Assembly: GCA_030324005.1 (NCBI GenBank)
Contig: JARDVH010000163.1
Location: 100,512,035-100,576,034 of the forward strand
Direction of reading: 5' to 3'
DNA from: Negaprion brevirostris
Taxonomy: Eukaryota
Length of the DNA stretch: 64,000 bases
Shown here one piece after another: positions 25,740-40,661 of the stretch. Position numbers and translations under genes: made by a program. Numbering within the stretch: the stretch's first letter is position 1; every line of letters begins with the position of its first letter. The notes beneath the pieces are model-generated. The model had not been told where the DNA came from, did not search any database, and saw only the letters and a list, made by a program, of their open reading frames with translations.

Positions 25740-26050
25740 CAGCTAGCAGCGCCTCCCCTCAGTGGTGCACCTCCTGGTTGACTGCACGTATCACCAACCA
25801 CAACCTGGTAAGTGGGCTGAATGGTGAAGTCCCAGTTTTCAACCACTCATGGAAAATCTGGATGATCTTCAATCATCTGAGGACTGGCCAGGGAAGATGT
25901 GTCCACTTGTTTCACAAGTGGAACATGAGGAACAACTCAAATTGTGATTGTGGCCATCCAAGTCAGACCATCGCAAACATACTGAGAAATCCAATCCTGT
26001 TGGCATCTCAACCATTCACACTGCTTCTCCAGCCATCTGAAATATATAAT
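25740..26050 (+). mobile_element. RTE-clade LINE C-terminal fragment
   Basis: ORF 25778 reads W.IFNHLRTGQGRC..LFHKW......CDCGHPSQTIANI, a typical C-terminal zinc-knuckle motif. Confidence 0.75.
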
Positions 26051-26399
26051 TCTTTGTAGTGCTTTCCAGGAAAAGTCAGGACCAAGCCAGAGCCAAAATG
26101 AATCATGACTAAGAAGAGACGAGCATGTTCTGAGATTGAAGTTTTAAAACTTCTGGAAGGATTTTAGAAAGAGAATGGGGCATGATGACCAGTGGCTGCC
26201 AGTAGTGGAGCATTGAAAGCAGGAATCTGAAGCAGTCCAGTAGAAGTAAAGTGGGTGATAGGTACATTAACATGCTGCTGGAGTAGATTTCAGAAATGGT
26301 TAAAGGTCATGGAAAGATTTGGACATAAAAATCAGGATTTGAAAATGGATCCATTTGACCAATGGAGACCAGTTTAATTCAGTAATAATTGATTTAATA

Positions 26400-27120
26400 C
26401 AATGACATTTAATACTCCTCGTACCTTATAAGATGTTGATGTCACTAGCTCAGCGAGCAGACTGTTAAGCTCTGATACTCTGCACACTCTCAAATGCAAA
26501 TATTGACCTTCTGAAATGTGGCAGTCACAACTGTGTGCAAGATTGGTCTAATCAGTAAAATTGAAACATTGTATTCTTAACCTCTGACATAATCCTTGTT
26601 GTAAAATCCAAAATATTGCCATATTTTTATAACTTTACCTATTACACCGCATAGATTTAGTTTTTTGAACCTCCAGGATTTATTCATATTGTTCAACATC
26701 TTGCAATTAATTACTGATATCTTGCACCTAACTGCTGAGTCTGCAAATCTATATGTGCCTATAGGCATGGGTAACAATTTCTCTCTTCCTTCTATCCCAG
26801 TTTAAGCCGAGCAATGTGATTTTCTCAAATGTTACTTGACCTCTACTGAAATTTTAAAGTTCAGTTTCTTTAAAGCATTTGTTTCCTGTCCATCAATCAA
26901 CTTTTTATCCATGCCACTATTTTTCCCTTGTACAGCCATATGGCTAAATATTTTTACCTTGGGAGATCCCTTAATGCATGATTCTAGAAAATCCATGTAC
27001 ACTAAATTTAGCTTATTTCTATTACCCAACCAATTTGTCATCTCTTCAAAAATTCTACTAAATTTGTAAAACACAAATTTCCTTAGAATTAGAAGTTGAT
27101 TATCCTTGATTAATTCCTAC
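26400..27120 (-). mobile_element. Old CR1-like RT fragment
   Basis: Minus strand reads FEEMTNWLG.....LVYMDF and ADSAVRCKIS. Confidence 0.6.
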
Positions 27121-27299
27121 ATTTCTGTAGTGTAAGGTGAACCATTAGAAAAAGCTCTTCATTGTGGCTAACTCTCAACTGCCCTCTGAAATAGCTGAGT
27201 GGGACACTCAGTTCAAAGATAATTAGGGATGGGCAATAAATGCTGACCAGCCAGCGATGCCCATGTCCCACGAATGAATAAAAAAAACTGGTTTATCAC

Positions 27300-28007
27300 T
27301 GTAGATGGAATTTTCTCAATTTTTTTTCCCCCAAGTGCTGTCTCAGGTGGGAAAGGTGGGGATAAGTCTTCCAATTGTCTTGTTTTTTTTATTTTTTTCT
27401 GCTATATTTTCAAACACTTGGGGTTGGGAGGGGGGGTGCGGTGCTGGTGCATGGAGTTAAGGGCCATGTCCATAATCAACTGCGATCAATGAGAGATTGC
27501 GAAAGATTGGAAAATGGCACCCTGATCAAAAAACGTGCCCATGGCCACACACCCAACCCCCACCTTGGACATGGAATCCCCCCATATACCTTGAATTATC
27601 CCCAGTGAAAGCCTGCTGTCTCGAGCAATGCCCGGGAGTGAAGGCAGTGTTGGGCAGAGTGCCATGGTATTGCCCAAGTATAATCCCCTGAGGCCCCACC
27701 TCCCCAGCAGGGACCATTTGCCAGGTCCTGTTGCAAACCCCGTCAATGTGATGTAATGCTGGCTGGGGTGGGAAGTGGTTTAACATGAAGGGATAATACA
27801 ATGGTGAAGCCCGCTAATGAAATGTTGATGTATGGTAATGGGGTTCCTGCCCTTTCGTGGTGGGAATCACATTGCATCATTGATGAGGAGAGGAGTGGCA
27901 AAGACAATCTGAATAGGAAATCCTGTTAGCATTTTGAGGGATCCCATTGGATTCTCAGCCACAATAGCTTTCCCACCTGCTGCAAACAGAGGCAGAGAAT
28001 CCCAGCC
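27300..28007. mobile_element. Non-autonomous DNA transposon (MITE-like)
   Basis: GC-richer block from ggaattttctc to gagaatcccagcc, with imperfect inverted termini. Confidence 0.5.
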
Positions 28008-28879
28008 TGTCTGAAGAAAGTATTAGTTGATCTCTTGTGGTGTTGCTTGTTGTGAGGCTAACCTTAACTTATCTCTGTGTGCATTGGACAATGACACTAG
28101 AGAGCCCAGAGGATTCAAAACATTGAGCTTTATTTACAGATGTGTCTTCTCTTACATGGCTGCTTCTTGTCTGCCTGTTTCCCACATTAGGGACTTGTGA
28201 TGTCATTTCTGAAGAATCAGCTAATTCAACATAAATGGAGCTAGTACCACCAAATCATAGCTATCTCTTCACTGGGACGAGTGGCTGACCGATGAACTCT
28301 GTTGACAATGCACCAAAAGACAAAATTCAGTCTTGTAGTGGAGCTTATGTACAGTTTTCAAGTTAAGGGGAGTTAAAGGCAGAGAACTGCAATGTGCAAA
28401 GGGGGAAAGTATAAGGGCAGGAGCAAAAATGTGGAGGCAGTTAGGGCTGGGAGAGTAGAGACTATAAGAGTAAGGAAAGTGAAAAATTTGGAATGGAATA
28501 TAAGTCAAAGCTAGGATAAAATCACTTAAGATATCCTGTGGGGTGCAAGTTAGGGAAAAGAATTGAAGGTCACCAAAGGATATTATCAGGGTTGGATTTA
28601 AGAATGATAGCTACACTGAACTTGTAACACAAGTAATTTAAGGAGTGAAGAGCAGGGAGAAAGGATGGAAGAAGATGTAGGGAGGTGAATCAAGGTGTGG
28701 AGAGGGTGGGATATGCTTAGAAGTATATAAATTGTAATTAGATAACACCCACTGGTCTCTATCTCTTCTCAGGCAATCTCTCAAGTTTGGGGATGATTTG
28801 CTTCCATTGAAGCTCAATGACTAAAGTTGGAATGATTTTGGTTTTGAATTGAAGGTAGCATGCAGCAGCCAGGTCATAT

Positions 28880-29235
28880 TAACATATGAACATAAGAAAT
28901 AGGAGCAGGAGTAGGCCAACTAGCCCTTTGAGCCTCCCCCGCCATTCAGTAAGATCATGGCTGATCTGAAGTGGATCAGTTCCACTTTTCTGCTTTCTCC
29001 CCATAACCCTTAATTCCCTTGTCTATNNNNNNNNNNNNNNNNNNNNNNNNNNNNNNNNNNNNNNNNNNNNNNNNNNNNNNNNNNNNNNNNNNNNNNNNNN
29101 NNNNNNNNNNNNNNNNNNNNNNNNNNATTTTTTATATTTAGTGCTAGTTTAGCTTCATACTCTATCTTTCCTTTCTTTATCACCTTCTTAGTCATTCTTT
29201 GTTAATTTTTAAATCTTTCCCAATCTTCTAATCGC
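28880..29235 (-). mobile_element. CR1 LINE insertion collapsed around a 100-N gap
   Basis: aacataagaaataggagcaggagtaggcc tail; minus strand reads KKVIKKGKIEYEAKLALNIKN after the gap. Confidence 0.85.
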
Positions 29236-29339
29236 CCAAGGTCCTGGTGGAGTAAGTGGAATGAAGAGCCAGGATCATCAGCAATCTTAAAATACTTACT
29301 CAATGACAATTGAATGGTTTTCTTTTGCTTCTCAAGGTA

Positions 29340-30560
29340 GATCTCTCTCTATCAGTTAATTAAATTATTGATTCCCTTGTTCATTTTGGCACAGCATTCT
29401 GTTTGAGTCTCTGCCATGATGATTTCCACTGCTTCTTCAATGAGCTGGAAAGCTTTTGACAGTCGTCTTCTTGACAAAATTCAAGGCGGTGATGTTACAA
29501 CGTGATCTTCCTCATCACCTTGTTGACTGTCTCGCTGCATCAAGTCTTCATTGGATAATTCCACTACATGGCATGCAAAAAATTCCACAAAGTCAGCATC
29601 ACTAACTTCATTAAAGCCAGCCTCCCTCTCAAGGTGATAATTTCACACTGAATATCAGAGACAGCATCATGAGATTCTCCTTAGCTACTGGCACACTTGG
29701 GCCACAATTTCTGTTACATATCATTCAAACACAATGACTTTTCATTCCATGAATCAGCAGTATTGTTGCTTCCCTTGAGGACACTATAGCCACACCAAAA
29801 TTCCCTGCCTGATGGCACATTCTCATCATTTGCTGACTTGATGAGCCAGAAGAGGTCACAGTGTAGCTTGTAAGCCTTGAATGCTGCAATTGCTCCCTGA
29901 TTCAAGGGCTGTAGTAATGAAGCTGCGGTGGGTGACAGGAACATCACCTTTACATTTTCAAACAATTCATCAAGGCTGACAGGATGACCTGGGTAATTAT
30001 CCAAGAGGAGCAATATCTTGAAGGCCTCCAGGCAGGGATGGCACACAGAGAGAAACCATTCTTGAAAGAGAGCTCCAGCAGCCAGGCTTTCTTGTTTGAA
30101 CATTAAATATCACACAGATGTTCCTTGGAATAAACCCTCAATGTCCGTGTGTCTCAGGTTAGTGGTGTGCCAGTAGGGTTTAAACTTAAAATCTCCTGCA
30201 GCAATTCCACCAGATGGAACATTCAGATCATCTTTGGCAGTTTTAAGTTCTGACATTGTCTTCTCCTGTTTTGAAATATACGTTATCTGTGGCATGCAAT
30301 TCCGAAAAGACCCAATCACATCAATTTTAAAAACTTGTGTCGCCATTTTCTTGAATGACTCTGTTCAAATGGACAGGATATGCATTAGCTGCCTCTGTAT
30401 CAACTGCTCCTCCAGAAATGTTAATGTTGTGCAGATAGGAACATCAGTTGAAAAACTCGAACCATCCATGACTAGCATTGAAGCTTTCTGACTGAGAACT
30501 TTCTCCTTGATCTTTCTGTAAGATTTCATACGTTCTTTTGGCTTTTTCTTGCATGACCAT
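29340..30560 (-). mobile_element. Tigger/pogo (TIGD1-like) transposase pseudogene
   Basis: QVFKIDVIGSFRNCMPQITYISKQEKTMSELKTAKDDL...GGIAAGDFKFKP, LLLLDNYPGHP...KVMFLSPTAASLLQPLNQGAIAAFKAY and GFNEVSDAD are DDE_1 family motifs in order. Confidence 0.9.
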
Positions 30561-33524
30561 CCAACTAAGGCACCTAGCGCTGTTCTGATCTTTGATCTAG
30601 ACTGCCAAAAGCTTTTTCATGTTCTCCACTGTGCTGCTTCTAGTCCAACTCACCTTGCTAGCGCTTAAAGATGTGTCATAATTGTGTACTTTGTTTGATT
30701 TTGTAAAATATTACTAAAGATTGTTCTCACTGACATAGATGATAGCCCAAGTACTCAAGCAATATTTACTGCTCATTCTACAGCCTCAAGACATCTTAAC
30801 AATCCAATTTCACTGCTCATGATTATTATTCCATTCTTTGCAGCACCAGGCAAACTATCACTACTTACCGCCAGTTTTTGTCTCATGTTTAAAAGTGACT
30901 TAAAAGTCTCATCTGCAGCAAGCACTCCGGGAACTCTAAAACTTAAATCAAATTTAAATCTAGCTTTTTGCTTGGGAATGAAAACAACTCTGACTTTGGA
31001 TGCCTCTGGGTTTTTTGTTTAAAATTGTTTTTGCCTCAAATACAGTGCAAATAACTGACTTAACAATGGTGCCAGTCTGGACCTGACATTACATGAAGGG
31101 TGTGATGACGTGCCCTGCGCTATCATGACAGACGGCAATGATGTGCATGCAAATGAAAAGGGATGTAATAGTGCATGTGCAATGTAAACAAATAGCATTG
31201 ATATGCAGCATCTACGATGATGACACTAAACAATGCACAAAAAGATGTTGAAGTGCAAATCTCAACTTAATTCAGGGAAACAGACCTAAAACAAAAATGA
31301 TGTTAAAAACTTCAAGTGGAGCAACTTAAAATGGAAATGTTGGGGCTGGGGTGGGCAGCATAATCTGAACAAATTGCAGAGAATGTTGACAAAATTAATT
31401 AGAGTTGTGGGTTTAATAAATTGAATAGACATTTGACTATCACCAGTATTAATTAAAGAACTGGGTCTTATTGAATGAAACAAATTAATGATGGAGGCTT
31501 CTCTAGGGAAAATTAAATGCAAAGTTGACAAGGTGTACTCCCTCTGGTTACCATAGGGCTATCATAGGCACTGAAGGCAAGAGACAGAGTTACAATGCTC
31601 AAAGCCAATGGAGTTGGCACATAGTGAACAATCATGTGAGGGCAGTGAAGCAACCAGCCAGTCCAGCATCCAAAGAAACTTTTTAAAAACTGCCGGGGAA
31701 ACAGAAGTAGAGTGTCAGGGCCAATATTGCCATGAAATGAAAGTGCTGGTAAACAAAACGGAGGATAGGAGTGGAACTCTCTTAACTCTGTAATAAACAG
31801 AAAGGTGAATCTCCAGTGAACATAATAGACTTACTTTTACTTAACATATAATGAGATGTCCACAGTTTCCCATGAGTGCATTACTACAGCACCACTGTGG
31901 CAAAAGTGAAGTTACAATTGATATTTAGTTCAATTGACTGATGGTCACATAATGTTGGATGGTATAACATTTTCCTCAGTTCCACCTGCACGTGCAATCC
32001 CATGAGAATGTGGAAAGCACTGACGTCCAAAGTGACAGGCAGGAAAAGAGCAGCTGGTCCACTGAGTCTGCCCAACACTCATGAAAGCTAACGTATCATG
32101 ACTGGACACTTCATGTCCCTCCCCACTCCTATTGCCTCACATCAGTCTTCTTAACATTGGCACAGATTGGGAGAGGCAAAAGACAGAATGAAATCTGTGG
32201 GTTAATGAGGGAAAAATAACCTGGAAAATTTCTCTCAAGTTCCTAAAATGATCAGGAGATCAAGTTGACCAGGTGTTATTTGTTAGTTCATTACCTTCCA
32301 TATGACACAATCTAAGGCCCAGTCAAAAACTGGTCCATCTCCCTTTAGAAGAGATGTACAGTATCAGCACCCACTGCACCAGCCAAAAGCTCATTATTCT
32401 CTGGGAAAGGAAGGGACTATCTGACATCCTGCCTATTTCTTTTAACATTTACTTTTGCTTAGTTTAAGCTCTTGCCCCTTTGTCCCTCATCAATGTGTTA
32501 AAATGGAATAATCTTTTCAGTAGGCACATGATCTAGCCTTTTATTTAGTAAACTCTATCTAGTCTATTCTGAAAGCTTCTTAAACCTATCTAGTACAGTT
32601 CTTTAACCACACAATCATTAACATAGCTCTCCTCTAAACCTTTCCCAGGACCATTCCATAATCTATTTTGTGAGGGGAGCAAATGGGTTTTCGTTACTTT
32701 ATAAAACAGATCTGTTCAATTAGGAGCAAAACAGCATCTTTATTATTTACATCTCACTCTGTAACAATGTTTACTGTTTGTTCATCTGTTTCATGTAAAT
32801 AAGACCACTTGTTAGTTCAAAGCCTGTGTCCCAGTTTGGTAAGGGTGATTATTCAGTCTGCAATATAGTGGCACATATACGCTCAGCAGCTTGTATACAG
32901 AGCAGAAGTTGTCTAGTAGGATTCCTGGATCATCTTATTTGGCTTGATATTGGACTAATGCACCCTCAGCTTATCGCAGAGGCCAATAGTATTGAAACTG
33001 AGAAAATATATTGTGTAGTAATCCAACATGGTGACATATCCAGATTCTCTGCAAAGCTTTAACCCTGCCCTACTATACTAATTTTAAAATCACCTCCCAA
33101 GTTCAAACGGCTTAAGAACATTTTCCCTACCCAAGATATTGCCACGTCTACCACTATATGAGAAATAATATGGGTCCAAGAATCGAGCCATTCTATATTC
33201 TGCTTGATACCTGTCACAAGCTCTGTTTAATATTCATAAAAGTAATGACTTATCTCCATGTCCTATCTGGATTTTTGTGAACTTAACTATCGTCTGACAT
33301 GTCGGACTTCCTCATGGACATTCTGGAATTATAAATAAACTATATCACAGTGAAGTACACCATCTGATTTATTGGTAATATGCCCAAGTTTATTGTTATA
33401 CAGCTGCTTCTTCAGCCTGTTACTTAGTTTGGTTCCAATAATTTATCTGGTATGATTGTATAGTTAATGGACTTTCTGTTACCTAGAACAAATTTATTCC
33501 TCCCCTTAAATACGGGCACCATGG

Positions 33525-34478
33525 ACCACATTTTCCTCTTTGGGGTGAGAATCAGGAGTCAAACCAATACCTGACATTGCTATTTCAGCCCGAGTGGGCA
33601 TGCCTGCTCATCATATTTTCATTCCGCAGAGTTAGGAGTGGCTGGAGCTGGGGCCACCACCTCCTGAAGCAGAACTGAGGTTGGTGGATGGCAAGATGAA
33701 TACCTGTCTCTGTTCACTTGAACATCAGCCCAGTTCTGTTGATGAGTATAAAGCCCCCTGATTCTTGAGCCCTACAATAATATTGGGACATATTTGGGAT
33801 GCTCATAAAACTGTTAGGATAAACAAACAGTCATTCAAAATCCACTTTAAAAATGCATCACTTTATTGGTCATAAAACAGTCAAGGTGCACAAATAGTCA
33901 TTCAAAAGCTACTTCTAAAAACATTATCCTCAAGTGATTATAGATCAGTCAAAATAAAACACTCAGACAACTCAGTAGCTGCATCAATAACCCTTGTTGA
34001 GATGAATTAATTAATGAGGTTTGGAACACAGCCAAGTATTGATAATGGGATTCCATTGTACAGCTATATAAACAAACTTTCAGAGCTGAATACATTAATC
34101 AGGTGGGCTGGGAGGGGAGATGTTTGTGGCTGGATCTAGGAATGGTCGGGGAGCCAGTGATCAGGCCGTGGGGTGGAGGGCAGAGTGCTGGCAATGTGGG
34201 GGATTGGGACCAGCAATCGGAAGGCTTTTAGTGCGGGGCCACTGCACACGCGCAAGTCTTGGTACTGATGGATCGATGCATGCGCAATGGCTTGCTCAGT
34301 GCACTGATTTCAGCAGGACTAGGCCCCACCCCCTGAAACTTAATGATATTCACACTGTTGGCTCTGCAATGCACAGTGTGTGGGAGATTCTTCTCTGAAC
34401 TGAAAAAAACAATGTGAGTTACTCCAGTTTTTACATGAATTCGACACTTAGAATTTTTTTAGGAGAATTCTGCCCCCA
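33525..34478. mobile_element. Non-autonomous DNA transposon(s), MITE-like
   Basis: GC-rich subterminal region ending ggagaattctgcccc, a Harbinger-type terminus; left boundary approximate. Confidence 0.45.
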
Positions 34479-35159
34479 GTGTTCCCCCATGGTCACAACA
34501 CCTCTGAACTGGCATGAACCACATTGCCTTCAGAAGCTAGCCTGACTTCAGTCCCACAGTGGAACCAGTAATGTCAGGTCTGCTGCATGTGACTTGCAAT
34601 CCACTCAACTTCACACCCCATTTAAAATTGCCTGTAATGGGAATGAAAGTGAGATTTACATATGCAGGATACACCTGCCTAATGTGAGTTGCCCCATGCT
34701 ACCTTATTATCAGCCATTAAAAGGCAAAAAAGTAAAAGTAGACTGCATCGGGGATACCTTTGAACTGATACTTGAAACTCATAGATCTGATGTGCTAAGT
34801 GTAATTTTACAAGATGTATATTTTAAATTTAAACTTTATTAAAACTGGATAAATACAATATCCATCTTCACTGTCATGCCTCCCTACTTTTCATGCACCT
34901 TCTCATGTTGCAATCTCTTATTTATCTCTTGATAGAGTTGTAAGGATAGATGTCCTCAGGATTCTGTTTATACCATTGTTAGTATAGAGATTCTTGTCCA
35001 TGGCAGACCTGGAATCGTTGTCTGAACTTTTCTTGCCCACCCACCTCTTTTCATTCATGTTCTGTTTTTCAGCAGGTAACTAGGATAAAATTAAAATGTG
35101 TGAACCTGCCATTCTGTATAAGGTGTTCATCTTCGACTGCCATCATTAACATTAATGTT

Positions 35160-35481
35160 GGGTGTCATGTTGGCACACTGATTAGCGCTGATGCCTCACA
35201 GCGCCAGCAATCTTTGTTCTATTCCGGCCTTGGGTGGCTGTCTGTGTGAAGTTTGCACTTTCACTCCATGTCTGCTTGGTTTTCTCCAGATGCTCCAGTT
35301 TCCTTCGACAGTCCAAAGATGTATGGGTTAGGTGGATTGTTTGTGCTAAATTGCTCCTTATTGTCAGGAGGATTAATGGAGTAAATAAGTGGTGTTATGG
35401 GGATAGGGCTGGGTGGGATTGTTGTCAGTGCAGGCTCGTTGGACCAAATAGCCTCCTCCTGCACTCTAGGGATTTTATGAT
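35160..35481 (+). mobile_element. V-SINE (HE1-like), full length
   Basis: gcctcacagcgccag head, V domain, tail. Confidence 0.9.
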
Positions 35482-35934
35482 TAGTGCATTAAAATACACC
35501 TATTGAGAATTAATATCGCTATCCATCAAAGCCCTGGATCAATATCCTGGAACTCTATTCCCAACAGCACAGGTGTACCTGCACCAAGTGGATGGCAGCA
35601 GTTGAAGAAGACAGCGCATAACCACCTTCTCAAGGGTAATAGAGATGGGCAACAGTTGTTAGCCTTACCAGTGATGTGATACCCACATCCAATGAAAGAA
35701 GTTTTAAAAAGTGCTGACTTGCTTATCAGTCCTGTCAATAAATGACTTATCACTCCAAACATTAGTTAATATAGATCAAATGATTATGCCAGGTTCCAAA
35801 TAATTATGTAAAGGATCACTTCTATTATTGAAATTTTCTTTGGAACGTCCTGGAGTTTTCTCATTTTTTTTAGAAGTCCTTCTCTGTTACATCAGTAGCT
35901 GATCATTAGTATTACTTTATATATTGTGGCATGC

Positions 35935-36105
35935 AACTCCAAAAATGTGCAGATTGGGTGGATTTGTCATGCTAAATTGCCCCTTAGTGTCAAGGCAATT
36001 AGCAGGGTATATACATAGGGCTATGGGGATAGGGCCTGGGTGGAACTGTTGTAGGTGCAGACTTGATGGGCTGAATGGCCTCCTCTGCATTATAGGGATT
36101 CTCTG
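35935..36105 (+). mobile_element. V-SINE (HE1-like), 3' half
   Basis: catgctaaattgccccttagtgtc...gggctgaatggcctcctctgca. Confidence 0.85.
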
Positions 36106-38099
36106 AACCCTCTTCACTTGCAGTTTATTGAAGGTTTCTCTGATGCTGGGAGCGCAATGTAATGGCAGTTCTTTCTACTTGGATTTATACGTCACTTTGT
36201 CTCAAGATAAAAGCAGGATGTAATAATCAGCAGCTCTTTTTCTCATGACACAAAGAAAACTCACCACCACCTTCTCGAGGGCAACTAGGGATGAAACAAT
36301 AAATGATGGCCAGCCAGCAACGCTATGTACCACGAATAAAAAAAATGGAGAGAAGTACACAAGCAGTGCTCTGTGGTAGATGAGTGTCATATAGATCAGT
36401 AATGTGAAATTTGGCAATTCCAGCTAAGTAAGCTGCCAATAAAAGTCTTAAGGAATTGCTATAACATGTCTGCATCCATGACAGCTTAAACCCATGAAAA
36501 CAGAAGAAAAACACAATAATGTGGCAATGAAGGGCAACCAAGGTGTCACAGCCATAAACTTAGCTAACATTTGATTTCAGCAGTGCAAGTCTCATTAAGG
36601 TTTGAAGCAATTAAGCATTATCTCAAAGTTTGTATCATAGAATTGTATAAATATTTCATTTCTTTTTTCCACATACCCCACAAGAGGTACAGATACGAAT
36701 GTGAAATGACATAGTATTCAACTAGGCATTTGTCGGGTCATGTATAATCAGTTTTGATGATTCTGATTGAGTAAATATTCTTTTGTATTTAATTTCTAGA
36801 TTTCATTGGACTTATGACTAATTTAGTTTGGATTTGTCATCTGGTTTATTGCATCATTACCAATAATTACCTTTCTGCTGCTATGAGAAATACAAACATC
36901 TATAAATATGTTTTTAAGCTTAAATGTTGTTTCCTGTTGTTCAGTCAACTTCTTGTACAGTGTCCCTTTAAGGCCACATGTCTTGTTTTATCAAACCTCT
37001 GGTATGTTGCACTTCATAAAGTGCCTTTTGAAATCCAGGTGTGGGATGTCCTTTTTTCCTTTATAAATGCACTTCATCATTTCTTCAAAGGACTCTATTA
37101 ATTTTGTCACACACAGCTAGCACTTTGCAAGCATCATTTCCACTATTCAGTGGCCTGTAATTCCCAGTGTGAATTACAGTTCCTTCTTATTCTTTAATTC
37201 TCTCAAAATAAACTCAGCTTTTGCATCCCATTATGTCATTCTTATATTTAATTTAATATATTTTGATTAATATAGTCACCCCTCCTCCCTTTTCCCACAT
37301 TGATGAACCAACTTAATAGCCCTAAACGAAGCGATGTTTAACTATCCTGCAGCATTTCTAATCTCTTTGCCTCAGCAAAGCCTTTGCAGTCTTTCCCTTA
37401 AAAATTCTGATGTTCTTGAAGCTGTCCTCTGAGAGCAAATTTCCTTGCTAGCTTATGCCCTAGCTTCACAACCAAGAAAAGATTAAGGGCATTGTCATAC
37501 AATGGATGTAAGGTTTTTTTTTATTTCTAAAGCAGGTTATTAGCTTGAATATTTACAGTCACCAACATCACAGCTAGCTGTTTGGCACTTGGTCATCTCA
37601 GCCTTTTAGCTTACTTGTCTGGATGCTACATGATTTTTAAAAATCCAACATTAAAAGTATCTTTTTATCCCATCTTTTGTATGGAAAATCTTAAACATGT
37701 CAGTGTCTCCAACTTACCAATTTTATCCTGAATAGTTTATGTATTCATTACAACTCAAATCTGCCTCTGCCTGTTCAACAATCTTAATTTTATTCCCTCT
37801 TTCCTCTGGCCTATTCTTCTATTATTTTCCTTATTTTTCTTTTCTTTCGACGCATCTTTGCCATATTTACTTTGTTCTGTCTTTTAAATTATTCTTTTGA
37901 CTGCCATTTGCCCAACATTATTCATGTACCATCTCTCCAGCCATCCAGTTATTTTCTATTTCTCTACTGCTAAGTGCATTACCAGAAGTCATCCTGATGT
38001 CAGTGTTCTTATTACCCAGATCTTTATTCTATCTCCTGCTGATCACAGATTGCCACTAATCCCATTCCCCCTTCAGCTGATTAATCAGTACACCTCAAT

Positions 38100-38725
38100 G
38101 TTGAACGTCAATTGGAAAAAGTATTGAGCGTAACAAAACCATGGAATATACTCTGGATTGAGGGCCTCAATATCAATCACCAAGAGGGATTAATTAGTAC
38201 AATCCTGACCAAGCTGGTTGAATCCTAAAGGAGCTAGATCGGGCCTGTGCCTAATGATGAGGGATGCAACAAGAAGGACCGTGTCATCACCAATCTGCCT
38301 GTCGTAGATGCATCTGTCTACGAAGGTATTGCTTAGGAGAGCCCACAGCACAGTTCTTACAGAGACAAAGTCCTGGCTTCATATTGAGGAATACCATATA
38401 TTGTGTGTTGTAGAATTAACATTGTGCTCAATGGCTTAGATTTCAGACAGATCACCTGAAAACTGGGCATTCATGAGGCACTGTGAAACATCTGCAACAG
38501 CAGAATTGTGCTCAGCCACACTATGTAACCTCATGATCCATCTTATTGCTCATTTTATCATTATTGTCAAGCTAGGGGAATCACCTTAGTTCAGTGAAGA
38601 CTGCAGGAGGGAATGGCAAAGGCAGCACCAGATGTACCTAAAATGAGGTGTCAACCTGGTGGAGCTACAGCACAGGACTGTTTGCATGCCAACAACACCC
38701 ATATCCCATGAAAGAATTTTAAAAG
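38100..38725 (+). mobile_element. CR1-like LINE fragment (endonuclease-linker region joined to the 3' tail)
   Basis: catcaccaatctgcctgtcgtagatgcatctgtc...cacagcacagttcttacagagacaaagtcc, then cccatatcccatgaaagaat. Confidence 0.65.
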
Positions 38726-40475
38726 TTCGTCAGTTCCTTACACATGATTCCAATTCTGTTTTTTTTCTTCCCTTCATCATTGGTTCAAATCTGAATTACA
38801 CAGTGTAGTTGTTCTTGTGCTTTCTCCAGAGTATCTTGCATCAACTCCATAGATGATAATTATCGCATTAAAAGACAACATAACATTCTTTTGAGTGCTG
38901 CTATGAAATCATGTTACCATTCTCCAAACTATGGAGTTTTCTATCACTATTGCATTACTGCACTTGCTTCAGCATTCAGCAACTCAGTTTCTTCACATTG
39001 CCATAATATTGCCCATGGTTTTTGTATAGTTCACGTGTCAGTCAAAAACTCTAGGGATACAGAAGGTGAACTGTGGATTTAAATGGATCTAAGTCAATCA
39101 GGAATACAGATCATTTTCAGGGTAATCATAAGGTTTTATAATAATTCCATTATGTCACCTGTTGGTGAAAATCTCAATAAATCATGTGAGGTATATCTTC
39201 AGATTTAACATTGGTTATGTAAACACTTTCAGAGGGTGGTAAATGAAAGACTTGTAATATGCGTCATCTTTAATCATACAAATGTCAGTTGAAGAAACAT
39301 TGCTACCTTGCATAGCGCAGCTTGATTTAATTATAGCCAGTGTCAGTGGGAGAACAATTACACATTACGACCATGCTTGCAGTTTTCAGTTAAAGTCTCT
39401 GTGGACTAGAATAAATTAAGCAGCTTTTCTTTTTTCCAGTCAGAGGACGTTATTGAGGGTATGCCTTATTTTCACATTTATATTTTTATTTAGCTGCATC
39501 TGTTAAATTCAAACCAGCAAATATGCAAAAAATTATTGATAGGAATTATGATGACCATATAATGATCAGATGGTTAGGAAATATTTGTAAAGCGGCAGTT
39601 AAACTGGAGAGGCTACTTACTGAAGAGTTAATCTTATTTTGTGAACAAAGACCAATTCTGCCTGGAATCCCAGTCAACTATATCCATGGGGAAAATTGAG
39701 TGTTTCTTTATCACTTTTATTACCAGGAAGTAAAAATGCTTTATGTGCTTCACATGTGTAACTTGGTTTTCCCTCTCTAAGCATTCAATGTTTAAGTGGA
39801 GGTACATTTCTACCTCAGTATCTGAAGTGGTAATTTATAATGATGGCATATACCTGTCAAGAAATAGGTGCCGGTAATGATCGAGTCCTGGAAATGTCCT
39901 AACATTGATCAAATTGTCATAGGGCAATAAAGCATAAGATAATAATGTTCTGATCATTTAATATTTTGAAACCAGTAACAAAGTATTGTCACGGCATGTG
40001 AAATGTACCATGTAGTAAAGAAATGAATTCCTCTAAATGACAGTACACTCCCAAAAGAGCAATTGTGGCAAAGATTGTATTTAAAATATAAGTGTGTATC
40101 TTATTCTTTGAGCTGGATGACTGTAGGGTTAGTCATACACTGTAACAATCAGGAGACCTAGATTGAAGGAGGGAAAGAGGATTTGCAAAGATGTATTGTA
40201 GAGCAAAACTATTTTCTGAGATGAGAAAAATTGCAAATGTTACAAACTGAAATTAAAAACAGAAAATGGGGGAATGCACTTCAGGCATTAAAGCTTCTGA
40301 AATGAGAAGCTTTTGTTTCAAACCTGTCTTTTCTCTTTTGAAACACCGATTGACTTATTGTTATTTCCATAATTAACTGGTTTATTTGCAGCTCTTCCAT
40401 TGATTATTAAAAGAACAAATATAACTCTTCTTATTTTGGTAGTATGATAAGAATGGAGCTTAACATTTCTTCTAA

Positions 40476-40661
<186 letters not shown>

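Noticed and set aside
29340-30560. Possible host gene TIGD1
   Set aside because: Frameshifted, with altered catalytic motifs; a transposon fossil.
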